A stretch of DNA of 64,000 nt from an uncultured Nitrososphaerota archaeon (GTDB taxonomy: Archaea > Asgardarchaeota > Njordarchaeia > Njordarchaeales > Panguiarchaeaceae). The first letter of the stretch is position 1. Each line of letters begins with the position of its first letter. Below the pieces are notes generated by a model that did no database searches, was not told the DNA's origin, and saw nothing but the letters and a program-made list of their open reading frames with translations. The DNA lies in assembly GCA_964636085.1 (NCBI GenBank), contig CAZWPQ010000002.1, positions 9,481 to 73,480 of the forward strand, read 5' to 3'. The translations under genes were made by a program, and so were the position numbers. This document shows, one piece after another, positions 9,507 to 17,468 of the stretch.

Positions 9507-10228
9507 ATGGTGAATTCTATGTTTAGTATTCCCCGAATTATGCTTGGAACATCCCCTTTTATTGGTGCTGGCCAGTTCGGTCGAAGGTCTCTGGATTACT
9601 TATCTAGATTTTATAACAAGCCTGACAGGATTGTTGAAATTATAGACGCGTGTTGGGAAACCGGTGTGAATGCTATACAGCTTCTGCCAGAGAAATACAT
9701 AATTGATGCCATCAGTATGTGGGAAAAGAAGAATGGAGAGATAATAACAGTTATATCCTCCATATTTCGCCTAAGGCAGATAGATGATCTCATAAATAGA
9801 TTTGAACACTCTGCTATGTTAGTTCACGCATCTATCGTTGATTACCATGACAAAGATATATTAAATAGATTCCTATCAAAAATAAGAGAGCGGGGCCTCC
9901 CAGCTGGGATTGTGTCTCATACTCCATATAGAACATTATCATGGATAAAAAACTGGGAGATAGACATAGATATTGCTATGATTCCAATAAACAAAATCGG
10001 ATATATGATGGATGCCGACATAGAACGCATAGGGCGATTAATAAGAAAGATTGACTGTAAAGTTATTGCAAAAAAGTTCTTGCTGCTGGCAGAATACCAC
10101 CAAAAGAGGCACTAAAATACATCGCGTCAATCGATTTTGTAGGCTCTGTCGCTATTGGTGTAGCATCCGTTAAAGAAGCCAAAGAAACATTTCCAATCGC
10201 GGTAGAACAGCTAGGACAAAAAGAATGA
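9507..10228 (+). CDS. Conserved hypothetical protein, possibly TIM-barrel-like, that is only continuous if a -1 frameshift occurs at 10070-10076. The 0-frame product stops at 10115.
   Basis: The 0-frame reads ...KIDCKVIAKKFLLLAEYHQKRH* and ends in a junk-like tail. The -1 frame continues from the slip site as VLAAGRIPPKEALKYIASIDFVGSVAIGVASVKEAKETFPIAVEQLGQKE* (stop at 10226-10228). This looks like a genuine protein C-terminus. Confidence 0.6.
10070..10076 (+). other. Slippery heptamer A AAA AAG in the 0-frame (candidate -1 ribosomal frameshift site, or a homopolymer indel)
   Basis: The codons are gcA AAA AAG, with the frame set by ATG 9507. This X XXY YYZ heptamer is identical to the E. coli dnaX slippery site. 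The -1 frame is open only from 10061 onward. Confidence 0.45.
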
Positions 10229-10273
10229 GATATTTTAGGTTCATAAAAATCTAATGCAAAAAAGATCCAGTCA

Positions 10274-10981
10274 TTATTCTTCAATTCTGCGCCATGATTC
10301 CTCAAGGCTATCCACTTCCAGCCCAGAAGCCTCCATGAAGCGATTGATATCCCTGAGGCTTAGAGCATAAATAGGATCCCTCCCCATATTAGATTTAAGT
10401 TCTCGAGCAAACCTGACCACTATGTCTTTCTTCCCACTAATGTATATTTCGTCGAGATAGTACTTCTTGTCCTCAAAATAGCGACTCCATGCGAATCCTA
10501 TCAGAAAGAATACACATAGCCAGATAACCCAGGAGGGTATGACATTATCAATAATGTTTGTGCTATCTCCTAGATTTATAATTGCATACGCAAGTCCCAT
10601 CCCAATTATCCACCCCAACCACTCTGGTATGGGAGATTCATAATAATAACTTGTGATGAACTCCGAAACTTGCAGTTCATCAGAACTTGGAAATTCAATG
10701 ATCCTCTTCCCATGCCCCATTTTCTTTACCTTAACCTTATCCATGATGCCATTGGGTTCTAGTCCTGTTGTTGCTGCTAGTGTTGGACAACGCGATATCG
10801 CGATTGATATATCGGTAATAGTCTTAGTTTCGGAATCGGACGGGTACTTCACCTTGGGTTGTATTGGAAACGCATAAAGCTTAATGGAATAGGGCTCACC
10901 CCCCTCCATTTTCTTCACCCAGAAAATAACAAAAAATAACACTAAAAATGTGTTGTCGATAATACAAAGAATACATAACAT
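10274..10981 (-). CDS. Hypothetical membrane protein
   Basis: The ORF shows coding-like composition. It has an N-terminal hydrophobic segment and two central TM helices (WLGWIIGMGLAYAIINL, VIWLCVFFLIGFAW). I recognise no family. Confidence 0.6.
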   Translation of the reverse strand: MLCILCIIDNTFLVLFFVIFWVKKMEGGEPYSIKLYAFPIQPKVKYPSDSETKTITDISIAISRCPTLAATTGLEPNGIMDKVKVKKMGHGKRIIEFPSSDELQVSEFITSYYYESPIPEWLGWIIGMGLAYAIINLGDSTNIIDNVIPSWVIWLCVFFLIGFAWSRYFEDKKYYLDEIYISGKKDIVVRFARELKSNMGRDPIYALSLRDINRFMEASGLEVDSLEESWRRIEE

Positions 10982-11112
10982 GGATAGTATGTACGTTCAA
11001 ATGATAATTATAAAAGTTTTGTCCATTAGGAAGCTCTGTGATGTGGGTTAGGAAAGAGTTTGAGATTATGAAGAGACTCTTGATGACGAAAATACGAATA
11101 TTATGTTGATGT

Positions 11113-12417
11113 CTATACTTCTAGGAGGATTTTCCATAAGGGTATATATACTATTCGCTTTCCGTTTACTGTCTTTTGCGTTTGGGTGTCCCATGTGACT
11201 ATATATCCCTTCTTTATGCCTAGTTGTTTCATTGCTTTTACTAGTGCTTTCTCCTCTCGCTTTATTGTTTCTTCCTCCATAGGCTCATATGATATCTGAT
11301 ATAGGGCCTTTACCTTTAGATTCTGCTCAATTACGATGTCTACCTCTCGGCCTTCGTGATCCCTCCAATATCCTATATTTTCCAATAGTCTCTTCGTCCT
11401 TAGCAATGTCAGAAACACTAAATTTTCAAACATCCTACTTTTGCTTAGTGCCCAGCTTTTACATATTGCTCTTCTTAATCCAGTATCTATGAAGTATATC
11501 TTCCTTGGATACTGTAGTCTGTCTTTTATTTTTGGAGATATTATTTCGAGTTGATATATGAAGTATGCCTTCTCAGCATAGCTCTTATATTTCAAAATTG
11601 TGGCTTTTGATGCCCTATAACCGATGCTTCTCATTGTTTTTTCCATTTTTGACGCACTAAATAGTGTCGTATCGGCCAAGAGCTTAAGTAGTACCTCTAA
11701 GACTTCAGGTTTATCGATGTTATGTCTTCTTACGATATCTCTATACATTATCGCCGCAAAATACTCTTGTAGTCTCCCAATTTTTTCATATGGGCTACCT
11801 CGCAATGTGATCTCAGGAAAACCTCCATAAAGCATATATTCCTCTAAGAGTCTCATCACGTCATGTTTCCTCATCGAGAACTCAATATGTTCTTCCACAT
11901 CTACTTTCCTGAATCTAAGAAACTCACGAAAGGATAACGGATAAACAATATGGGTTTTTGTTCTCCCTCCTAAAACGCTGGAAATTTGGTCGGGCATGAG
12001 TTCTGAGGATGAGCCAGAAATTACGAAATATATATCCTTAAGCAAATTTCGTCTCAGCCAACGTTCCCATCCAGGTATCCTATGTATCTCATCTAGGAAG
12101 AGATAGATCTTATCACCAACACCAAATTCTTCCCTAATTGCTGGAAGCAACTCGGTAAGAAATTCTGGCCTTGGATCTATGCGTTCATCCTCAAAGTTTA
12201 TATAGAATATTGTTCTCTCATCAATTCCACTCCTCATAAGGTCCATCATTGTCTGGAACATCAGATATGTCTTCCCAGACATTCTGGCCCCAGTTATTAT
12301 GGTCACCACCCCTCTGTTAGGTTTTATGCTGATATCCCTTCTAATAAGATCTCTTGGTATACCAAATTCCTTCCATTCGACAAGTATTTGTCTCAGGATA
12401 TGTCTTTCTTTAACCAA
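11113..12417 (-). CDS. AAA+ ATPase of the COG1373 type (AAA_14 N-domain plus DUF4143-like C-domain)
   Basis: Walker A is GARMSGKT and Walker B is LFLDEIH. The C-terminal part (GREVDIVIEQ...ALYQISYE) aligns with the restriction-endonuclease-like DUF4143 module of this family. The TTG start is preceded by GGGTGG. Confidence 0.9.
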   Translation of the reverse strand: MVKERHILRQILVEWKEFGIPRDLIRRDISIKPNRGVVTIITGARMSGKTYLMFQTMMDLMRSGIDERTIFYINFEDERIDPRPEFLTELLPAIREEFGVGDKIYLFLDEIHRIPGWERWLRRNLLKDIYFVISGSSSELMPDQISSVLGGRTKTHIVYPLSFREFLRFRKVDVEEHIEFSMRKHDVMRLLEEYMLYGGFPEITLRGSPYEKIGRLQEYFAAIMYRDIVRRHNIDKPEVLEVLLKLLADTTLFSASKMEKTMRSIGYRASKATILKYKSYAEKAYFIYQLEIISPKIKDRLQYPRKIYFIDTGLRRAICKSWALSKSRMFENLVFLTLLRTKRLLENIGYWRDHEGREVDIVIEQNLKVKALYQISYEPMEEETIKREEKALVKAMKQLGIKKGYIVTWDTQTQKTVNGKRIVYIPLWKILLEV

Positions 12418-12447
12418 TATTGTCCACCCATTAGAACAATTATATGG

Positions 12448-12507
12448 AAAAATTGTTTAAAATAGAAAACAATTTTTTAGAAAAATCGTTTAACATTTTA
12501 AACGATT
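12448..12507. promoter_or_regulatory. Two related palindromes in the promoter region of the ATPase gene (operator candidates)
   Basis: AAAAATTGTTT (12448-12458) pairs with AAACAATTTTT (12467-12477). AATCGTTTAA (12484-12493) pairs with TTAAACGATT (12498-12507). Both share an AAT(T/C)GTTTAA core, and their centres are about 33 bp apart. They lie 30-90 nt upstream of the start at 12417. Confidence 0.5.
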
Positions 12508-12976
12508 ATTATCAGTAACCCCTAACGAATTTGGATATTGAGTTTTAAAACTCTATAGGTGCCAAATAATGGGGCATGTTTTATGTTTGCTTCTAGAAGT
12601 AGGTTCATAATGGGTGGTCTTAATAGTAGATAGTTTTGTTTCGTCTTCTTTTAAGTGGTGATGATCGGTCAATGAGCGAGAACAGAATGATATCTTGGAC
12701 ACATAACAAATATACTTGACCTAGAATTAGGAAGATGAAAAATAGGGATTATTATGGCCCCTTTATTCAATATTTAGCATGGGGCTTGTCTCTAGTTTTT
12801 TTTGCTGGTTTTTTATTTAAAGGTTGTTTTGGTTTTGGGGTATGTTGAATTATAGAGCGGTCTCTCCTTTTATTGGTTGAGGCATTTTTTGTGTGTTATT
12901 TTTCAAATTATTCTTTCTCTTGTAGTGCCCTTAGAGAACGAAACTAATTTAAAAGGAATATAAGATATAGTAATTT

Positions 12977-13017
12977 GGTAACCAAAGAAGGAGATTTCTC
13001 TCCTTACTTTGGTTACT
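12977..13017 (+). other. Long hairpin with an 18-bp stem, one bulge and a 4-nt loop
   Basis: GGTAACCAAAGAAGGAGA-TTTC-TCTCCTT(A)CTTTGGTTACT. It sits in a 750-bp ORF-free spacer, 24 nt upstream of a small ORF. Confidence 0.5.
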
Positions 13018-13040
13018 ATTTTTGGTAAGAGTGGTGGTTG

Positions 13041-13172
13041 ATGATTGTTAGAAATTCCGATAGTTTATTGATTATATCGACAGGGGTGTCAACTGTATTG
13101 ATCCCTATCTTGCTGATAAATAATGGGTTTTCGGGGTTACAGTCTTATGGTCTGATTGGTGGGGAGGAATGA
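13041..13172 (+). CDS. Candidate 43-aa hydrophobic micro-protein, translationally coupled to the next gene
   Basis: ATG 13041 is preceded by GGTGGT. The product is MIVRNSDSLLIISTGVSTVLIPILLINNGFSGLQSYGLIGGEE. Its TGA (13170-13172) overlaps the ATG of the next gene at 13169 (ATGA). It falls below the ORF-track size cutoff. Confidence 0.3.
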   Translation: MIVRNSDSLLIISTGVSTVLIPILLINNGFSGLQSYGLIGGEE

Positions 13173-14671
13173 GGAGCCTTCTAGTGTTTTTTGTCGCATC
13201 ATTAGTGTTGTTTTTTATGTTAAGTGCATGGTGTAATACGTATAGTAGTAGGATATATATTTATAATGTTGATCCCGTTGGTTTTTCGACTACTGAGGAT
13301 GGATTTGTTATATCCAACATAACCCCTAGCGGTAGTATATCCCTTATCTATATCGACAAAAGTGGAGGCGTCATCAATACCACAAAATTGAAGTCTGATC
13401 TGTCCAGATATGGGAGATGTACTGGATTTTGCAGATATAATTCAAATTATTACTACCTCGTGAAGAGTAGCGAGTATAAAATAATAACCTTGAGCCATGA
13501 TGGGGTAATAATTAGTGGTGCAACAATAAATGCAACATTGGATCCCGACATACTGTTAGACTCTATACTATATGATGGGGAAAAGTTTTGGTTCTCCTAT
13601 CACAGTACCAGTGTATATAAAGCCGGGATAATAAGACTTAACAAATCATTAGACTCCATAGAGGTCAAGATAGAATTGGATTCGCAAAGGGTCATGTTCG
13701 CCATTATTAACGATACTGTCTGGATCGTTGATGATAACTATGTTGTCTATAAAACAGATATACCGGGTAATCCTAAAAAAGTGGCAGATATAAAATGCGA
13801 CATTGAGGATATCGCTGACGAGTTGAATACTAGTACATACAGGCTTGCTGGAATAGGCTATGATGATAAGATATGGGTAGGTGTTGTTTACTATGTGGGG
13901 CCAGTTAATGAATCAATAACTGTTTTACTGGGTTATGACCCACAGGATCTTTTGGCATTTGGTAAAGGCAAGCCTTTCCTAGAAACAGTTTTAATTAATC
14001 CCAGCACGGGGATTATATGTGGTTGCGTAACGCTGTTTAGTATATTATATGTAAGCAAAGCCCTAGTGGTTCAACCAATAGTGCAGAAGGAAATGGTAGT
14101 GGCAGAGTCTATGGGTGAAGGGGCGCCGGTTACCCCCGAGGCCCCCAAGCCTCCATCTAAACTCCCGGAGACAACACCTCTAACCCTCGAGATGGTTAAG
14201 AAGAAGGAGGATTTATCAAAGCTGAAGAACTTATTGGGACTCAGAAAATTAAGGCATATACCTGAGAAGGATCGGGCTGAGAAACCAAATTTTGATAAGG
14301 CCATGGGATACGCGGTGGCTATTGGCCTATTGATAGGCGGAATAATGTATATAAGATCTATAATAGAGAATATCTATACATCAATAGGGATCAATGTTGG
14401 GTTGCTCCTATCCTCAAGCGGTATTTTGGCTGGGGCGATATTATGGAGACTAAAGCGGGGAGGGACAATAATTCTTGGGAGATTATCAACGTTTATAATC
14501 ATTATATGCATTCCAATAGCCATATTTGGGATAATCATAAATAGCTGGCTTTTGATTGGTATAAACTGGATCTTTGTTGTTATTGAGGTAATAGTAGCGT
14601 TATTGCTGATTATTCATCGATACCTAAAATTTGTCTATATTAGGAGAATTGTGGAGCGTGAAAATCTCTAA
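13169..14671 (+). CDS. Hypothetical membrane protein: signal peptide, ectodomain, TM helix, charged Pro-rich linker and a C-terminal 3-4 TM bundle
   Basis: The N-terminal MRSLLVFFVASLVLFFMLSAWC is signal-like. The mid TM is GIICGCVTLFSILYV. The linker contains GAPVTPEAPKPPSKLPETTP and K/E-rich sequence. Several C-terminal hydrophobic helices follow. Confidence 0.8.
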   Translation: MRSLLVFFVASLVLFFMLSAWCNTYSSRIYIYNVDPVGFSTTEDGFVISNITPSGSISLIYIDKSGGVINTTKLKSDLSRYGRCTGFCRYNSNYYYLVKSSEYKIITLSHDGVIISGATINATLDPDILLDSILYDGEKFWFSYHSTSVYKAGIIRLNKSLDSIEVKIELDSQRVMFAIINDTVWIVDDNYVVYKTDIPGNPKKVADIKCDIEDIADELNTSTYRLAGIGYDDKIWVGVVYYVGPVNESITVLLGYDPQDLLAFGKGKPFLETVLINPSTGIICGCVTLFSILYVSKALVVQPIVQKEMVVAESMGEGAPVTPEAPKPPSKLPETTPLTLEMVKKKEDLSKLKNLLGLRKLRHIPEKDRAEKPNFDKAMGYAVAIGLLIGGIMYIRSIIENIYTSIGINVGLLLSSSGILAGAILWRLKRGGTIILGRLSTFIIIICIPIAIFGIIINSWLLIGINWIFVVIEVIVALLLIIHRYLKFVYIRRIVERENL

Positions 14672-14841
14672 TCGTAATAATAGGAAGGTTCTACTATTGA
14701 TCAATTTTTACATGGGGAAGTTTTTAAATATTTTGTACATCGCTGAAAAAGAGACTCTTTAAAGTGTAAAATTAGTTATATTGTTTAGAGGCATATTTTG
14801 ACTCGTGGTTTAGGGGGATTGTGCTCTTGGAGGTTTGATAT

Positions 14842-15051
14842 ATGTTGACGAGAAAAATCATCCAAAAAATCTTAGCCGAATTCATTGAGGCCTGCAAAGG
14901 AGTGCCTCTCGGCACGATTAAAGCAATTTTATTCGGTTCTGTGGCACGGGGCGATTTTGATATTGATAGCGATATAGACATCCTGGTCGTCTCGACAAAT
15001 ATAAAGGAGGCGAAATGTTTTTTGGTAGGGTTGCTGATGAGTTGTTTTTAA
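14842..15051 (+). pseudogene. Minimal nucleotidyltransferase (MNT-type), N-terminal part only; probably frameshifted or truncated
   Basis: It carries the GSVARGDFDIDSDIDILVV motif (GS-x-x-RG...D-x-D of the NTP_transf_2 fold). The ORF ends after 69 aa with a junk tail. An alternative frame from ATG 15015 gives MFFGRVADELFLKTSNCLTIVV, which resembles the missing C-terminal part. There is no HEPN partner next to it. Confidence 0.5.
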
Positions 15052-15173
15052 AGACTTCTAATTGCCTAACCATAGTTGTAGGATTACTGTTGCTGGGGTC
15101 ATTATGAAGTGTATGGCCTGCTGATATTTTAAGGACAAAACTTTATAGATATTATTGGGCGGTTAGGTGGGAA

Positions 15174-16427
15174 ATGAGATTGCGTGTGGATGTTGGGAAG
15201 ATAAGGAGGGATTTTCCTATATTAAGCAGGAAGATAAGGGGCAAAAGGCTCATATATATTGACAATACGGCCACCAGCCAACGCCCAATACAAGTAATAA
15301 GGGCCATGGAGGAGTTCTATAGAACATATAATGCGAATGTACATAGGGGAATACACACATTAAGCGAGGAGGCGTCAGAGCTCTATGAGGAAGCGCATAA
15401 GGTTGTTGCAAGGTTTATTGGGGCTAAGGGAATGCAGGAAATAATATTCGTAAGAAATACTACGGAGGCATTAAATATTGTTGCTTTATCTTACGGCCTT
15501 GGTGTCATTGAGAAGGGGGATGAAATAGTCATATCTATCATGGAGCATCACTCTAATATGTTGCCATGGATTTATCTGGCCGAGAGAAAAGGTGCGAGAA
15601 TTAGGGTAGTCGATATACTGGACAATCATACCCTCAACTATGACATGCTTGCAGAGATAATAAACGAGAAAACAAAAATTATTGCGATAACACAGGCATC
15701 TAATGTGCTCGGCACACTAAACGATATCAAGAAGATAGCCAAATTGGCTAGGGAAGTGGATGCCACACTAGTTGTGGACGGTGCACAGTCAGTTCCACAC
15801 ATACCAGTGGATGTGAGAGACATAGACTGCGATTTTCTTGCCTTCTCCGGACATAAAATGCTGGGGCCTACTGGGATAGGTGCACTATATGGAAGGGAGG
15901 AACTGTTGGAGAAAATGAATCCAGTATTCGTAGGGGGCGGGATGATTAGTAGTGTTAGTCTACAGATAGACGGCAGGCATGATGTTGAATGGGGGGTTTT
16001 GCCATGGAAATTCGAGGCAGGAACTCCAAACATTGCGGGAGGGATAGGATTGGCAGAAGCAGTCAGATATCTGGAAAATGTCGGTATGCAAAACATCAAG
16101 GAGCATGAATATAAACTCACCAAGTATGCGCTGGAGAAATTAAGAGAAGGACTAGGCGATAATATTGATATATATGGCCCTCCCCCTGAAGAGAGGGTGG
16201 GTATAATACCTTTTAATATCAAGGGTATGGATCCTCACGTCGTCGCTTTGTATCTCGATGAATATGGGATATGTGTCAGAAGTGGTTTTCACTGTGCCGA
16301 ACCTCTCCACCATAGGCTTGGTCTGGAAAAGGGAACTGTTAGGGCTAGTTTTTATCTATATAACACGTTTGAAGAGATCGATATATTTGTTGATGCACTA
16401 GTGGAGATATTCAAGAAACAAAAATAG
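15174..16427 (+). CDS. sufS: Cysteine desulfurase, SufS/CsdA-like (class V aminotransferase, group II)
   Basis: The PLP lysine lies in FSGHKMLGPTGIG. The active-site Cys lies in RSGFHCAEP (group II motif R-x-G-x-H-C-A). The length is about 417 aa. Confidence 0.93.
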   Translation: MRLRVDVGKIRRDFPILSRKIRGKRLIYIDNTATSQRPIQVIRAMEEFYRTYNANVHRGIHTLSEEASELYEEAHKVVARFIGAKGMQEIIFVRNTTEALNIVALSYGLGVIEKGDEIVISIMEHHSNMLPWIYLAERKGARIRVVDILDNHTLNYDMLAEIINEKTKIIAITQASNVLGTLNDIKKIAKLAREVDATLVVDGAQSVPHIPVDVRDIDCDFLAFSGHKMLGPTGIGALYGREELLEKMNPVFVGGGMISSVSLQIDGRHDVEWGVLPWKFEAGTPNIAGGIGLAEAVRYLENVGMQNIKEHEYKLTKYALEKLREGLGDNIDIYGPPPEERVGIIPFNIKGMDPHVVALYLDEYGICVRSGFHCAEPLHHRLGLEKGTVRASFYLYNTFEEIDIFVDALVEIFKKQK

Positions 16428-16552
16428 TGAAGCGCAGCAAGATGACTAATTATCCCTTAATCGATCCTCTAGGTATTTAAGCGACATATTAAGGTTCCCC
16501 GAAAATCGTCCCACTATTGGGGGCTAGAAAGAAAGAAACATAATTAGGGAAA

Positions 16553-17338
16553 CTATAGGTTTTGCTTTTTACTTTCCTCAAGTATCTTCAGTATCCTCTT
16601 AAGAACATCTAGGGTTTCTCTCTGTAACTTTAGCATTTCGTCCTGTCGTCTCAGCATTTCGTCTTGCCGTTTTAGCATTTCGTCCTGTCGTCTCAGCATT
16701 TCGTCTTGCCGTTTTAGCATTTCGTCCTGTCGTCTCAGCATTTCGTAGTCTCTAAGTGCGGATGCTACTTCTCTAATATTTATTGTCCATAGCATTTCTA
16801 GGTTTTCTGCCTTTCTTTTTTCGTCTAGTAGTTTATTTATTAGTTCGCTGAGTTTACTTGTGGGATATATTCTTAGTATTCTTGGTACGTATATTATTGC
16901 GATATAGTAGCGTGATTTTTTACTTATTATTGCTCTTACGGGGACAAGTGCCAAGAGATCTGTATCTGCTCTCTCATATTTCCATGATTGAACACAATAT
17001 CTGATCTTCCCGCTTGGCGAGAATTTTACGCTTAGTTTAACTGTGATCTTCTTATTTTTTATTAGCGTTATATCAGCCTCTCGTGCAGGATGTCTCCCAG
17101 GTCTTATGATTATCTCATCATAATCTGGAACCCCAAGCTCCCTTCTGACTTTCTCATCCCTAAGTACTCGTGGTAAGTATTCTATTATTTTTACACCCAT
17201 TTCTGGTTCTGTCTGGTATAACGCTATTTTCATGTATGCCTCGGCTCTAGTTTGTATCATCACGAGCTCTGTGCCCTTCTCTCTCACTCTTACTACTTTA
17301 TCAACTATCTGCATAGTCTGTATCACTTCATTCCCCAA
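16553..17338 (-). CDS. Hypothetical protein with a C-terminal heptad-repeat coiled coil ((EMLRRQD/EMLKRQD)n)
   Basis: A 190-aa N-terminal globular part is followed by YEMLRRQDEMLKRQDEMLRRQDEMLKRQDEMLRRQDEMLKLQRE. I recognise no family. Confidence 0.75.
   Translation of the reverse strand: MGNEVIQTMQIVDKVVRVREKGTELVMIQTRAEAYMKIALYQTEPEMGVKIIEYLPRVLRDEKVRRELGVPDYDEIIIRPGRHPAREADITLIKNKKITVKLSVKFSPSGKIRYCVQSWKYERADTDLLALVPVRAIISKKSRYYIAIIYVPRILRIYPTSKLSELINKLLDEKRKAENLEMLWTINIREVASALRDYEMLRRQDEMLKRQDEMLRRQDEMLKRQDEMLRRQDEMLKLQRETLDVLKRILKILEESKKQNL
16632..16746. repeat. Perfect in-frame tandem DNA repeat: a 42-bp unit made of two 21-bp subunits, about 2.7 copies
   Basis: AGCATTTCGTCCTGTCGTCTC and AGCATTTCGTCTTGCCGTTTT alternate without mismatch from 16632 to 16736, followed by a partial unit to 16746. 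Confidence 0.9.
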
Positions 17339-17468
17339 ACAATAATAATCTAAATAGCATATATATTATAGAGCATTTTGCACATCTTAAAATAAACAAC
17401 CTTTTGGCTGGGATTAATTTGGTGAGTATGAAATTAAACTTTGCTCATATTTATGCCTATATATGGAT

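Noticed and set aside
12655-12720. A possible C/D-box sRNA (GUGAUGA box C at about 12657, with an AUGAUA-like C' downstream)
   Set aside because: No CUGA D or D' boxes occur at the required spacing of about 12 nt, and there is no terminal stem. The motif match is limited to one UGAUGA, which is expected by chance.
16632-16746. Regular short repeats considered as a mini CRISPR array
   Set aside because: The units are contiguous with no spacers, in frame, and encode a heptad coiled coil within a 261-aa ORF. No cas genes are nearby.
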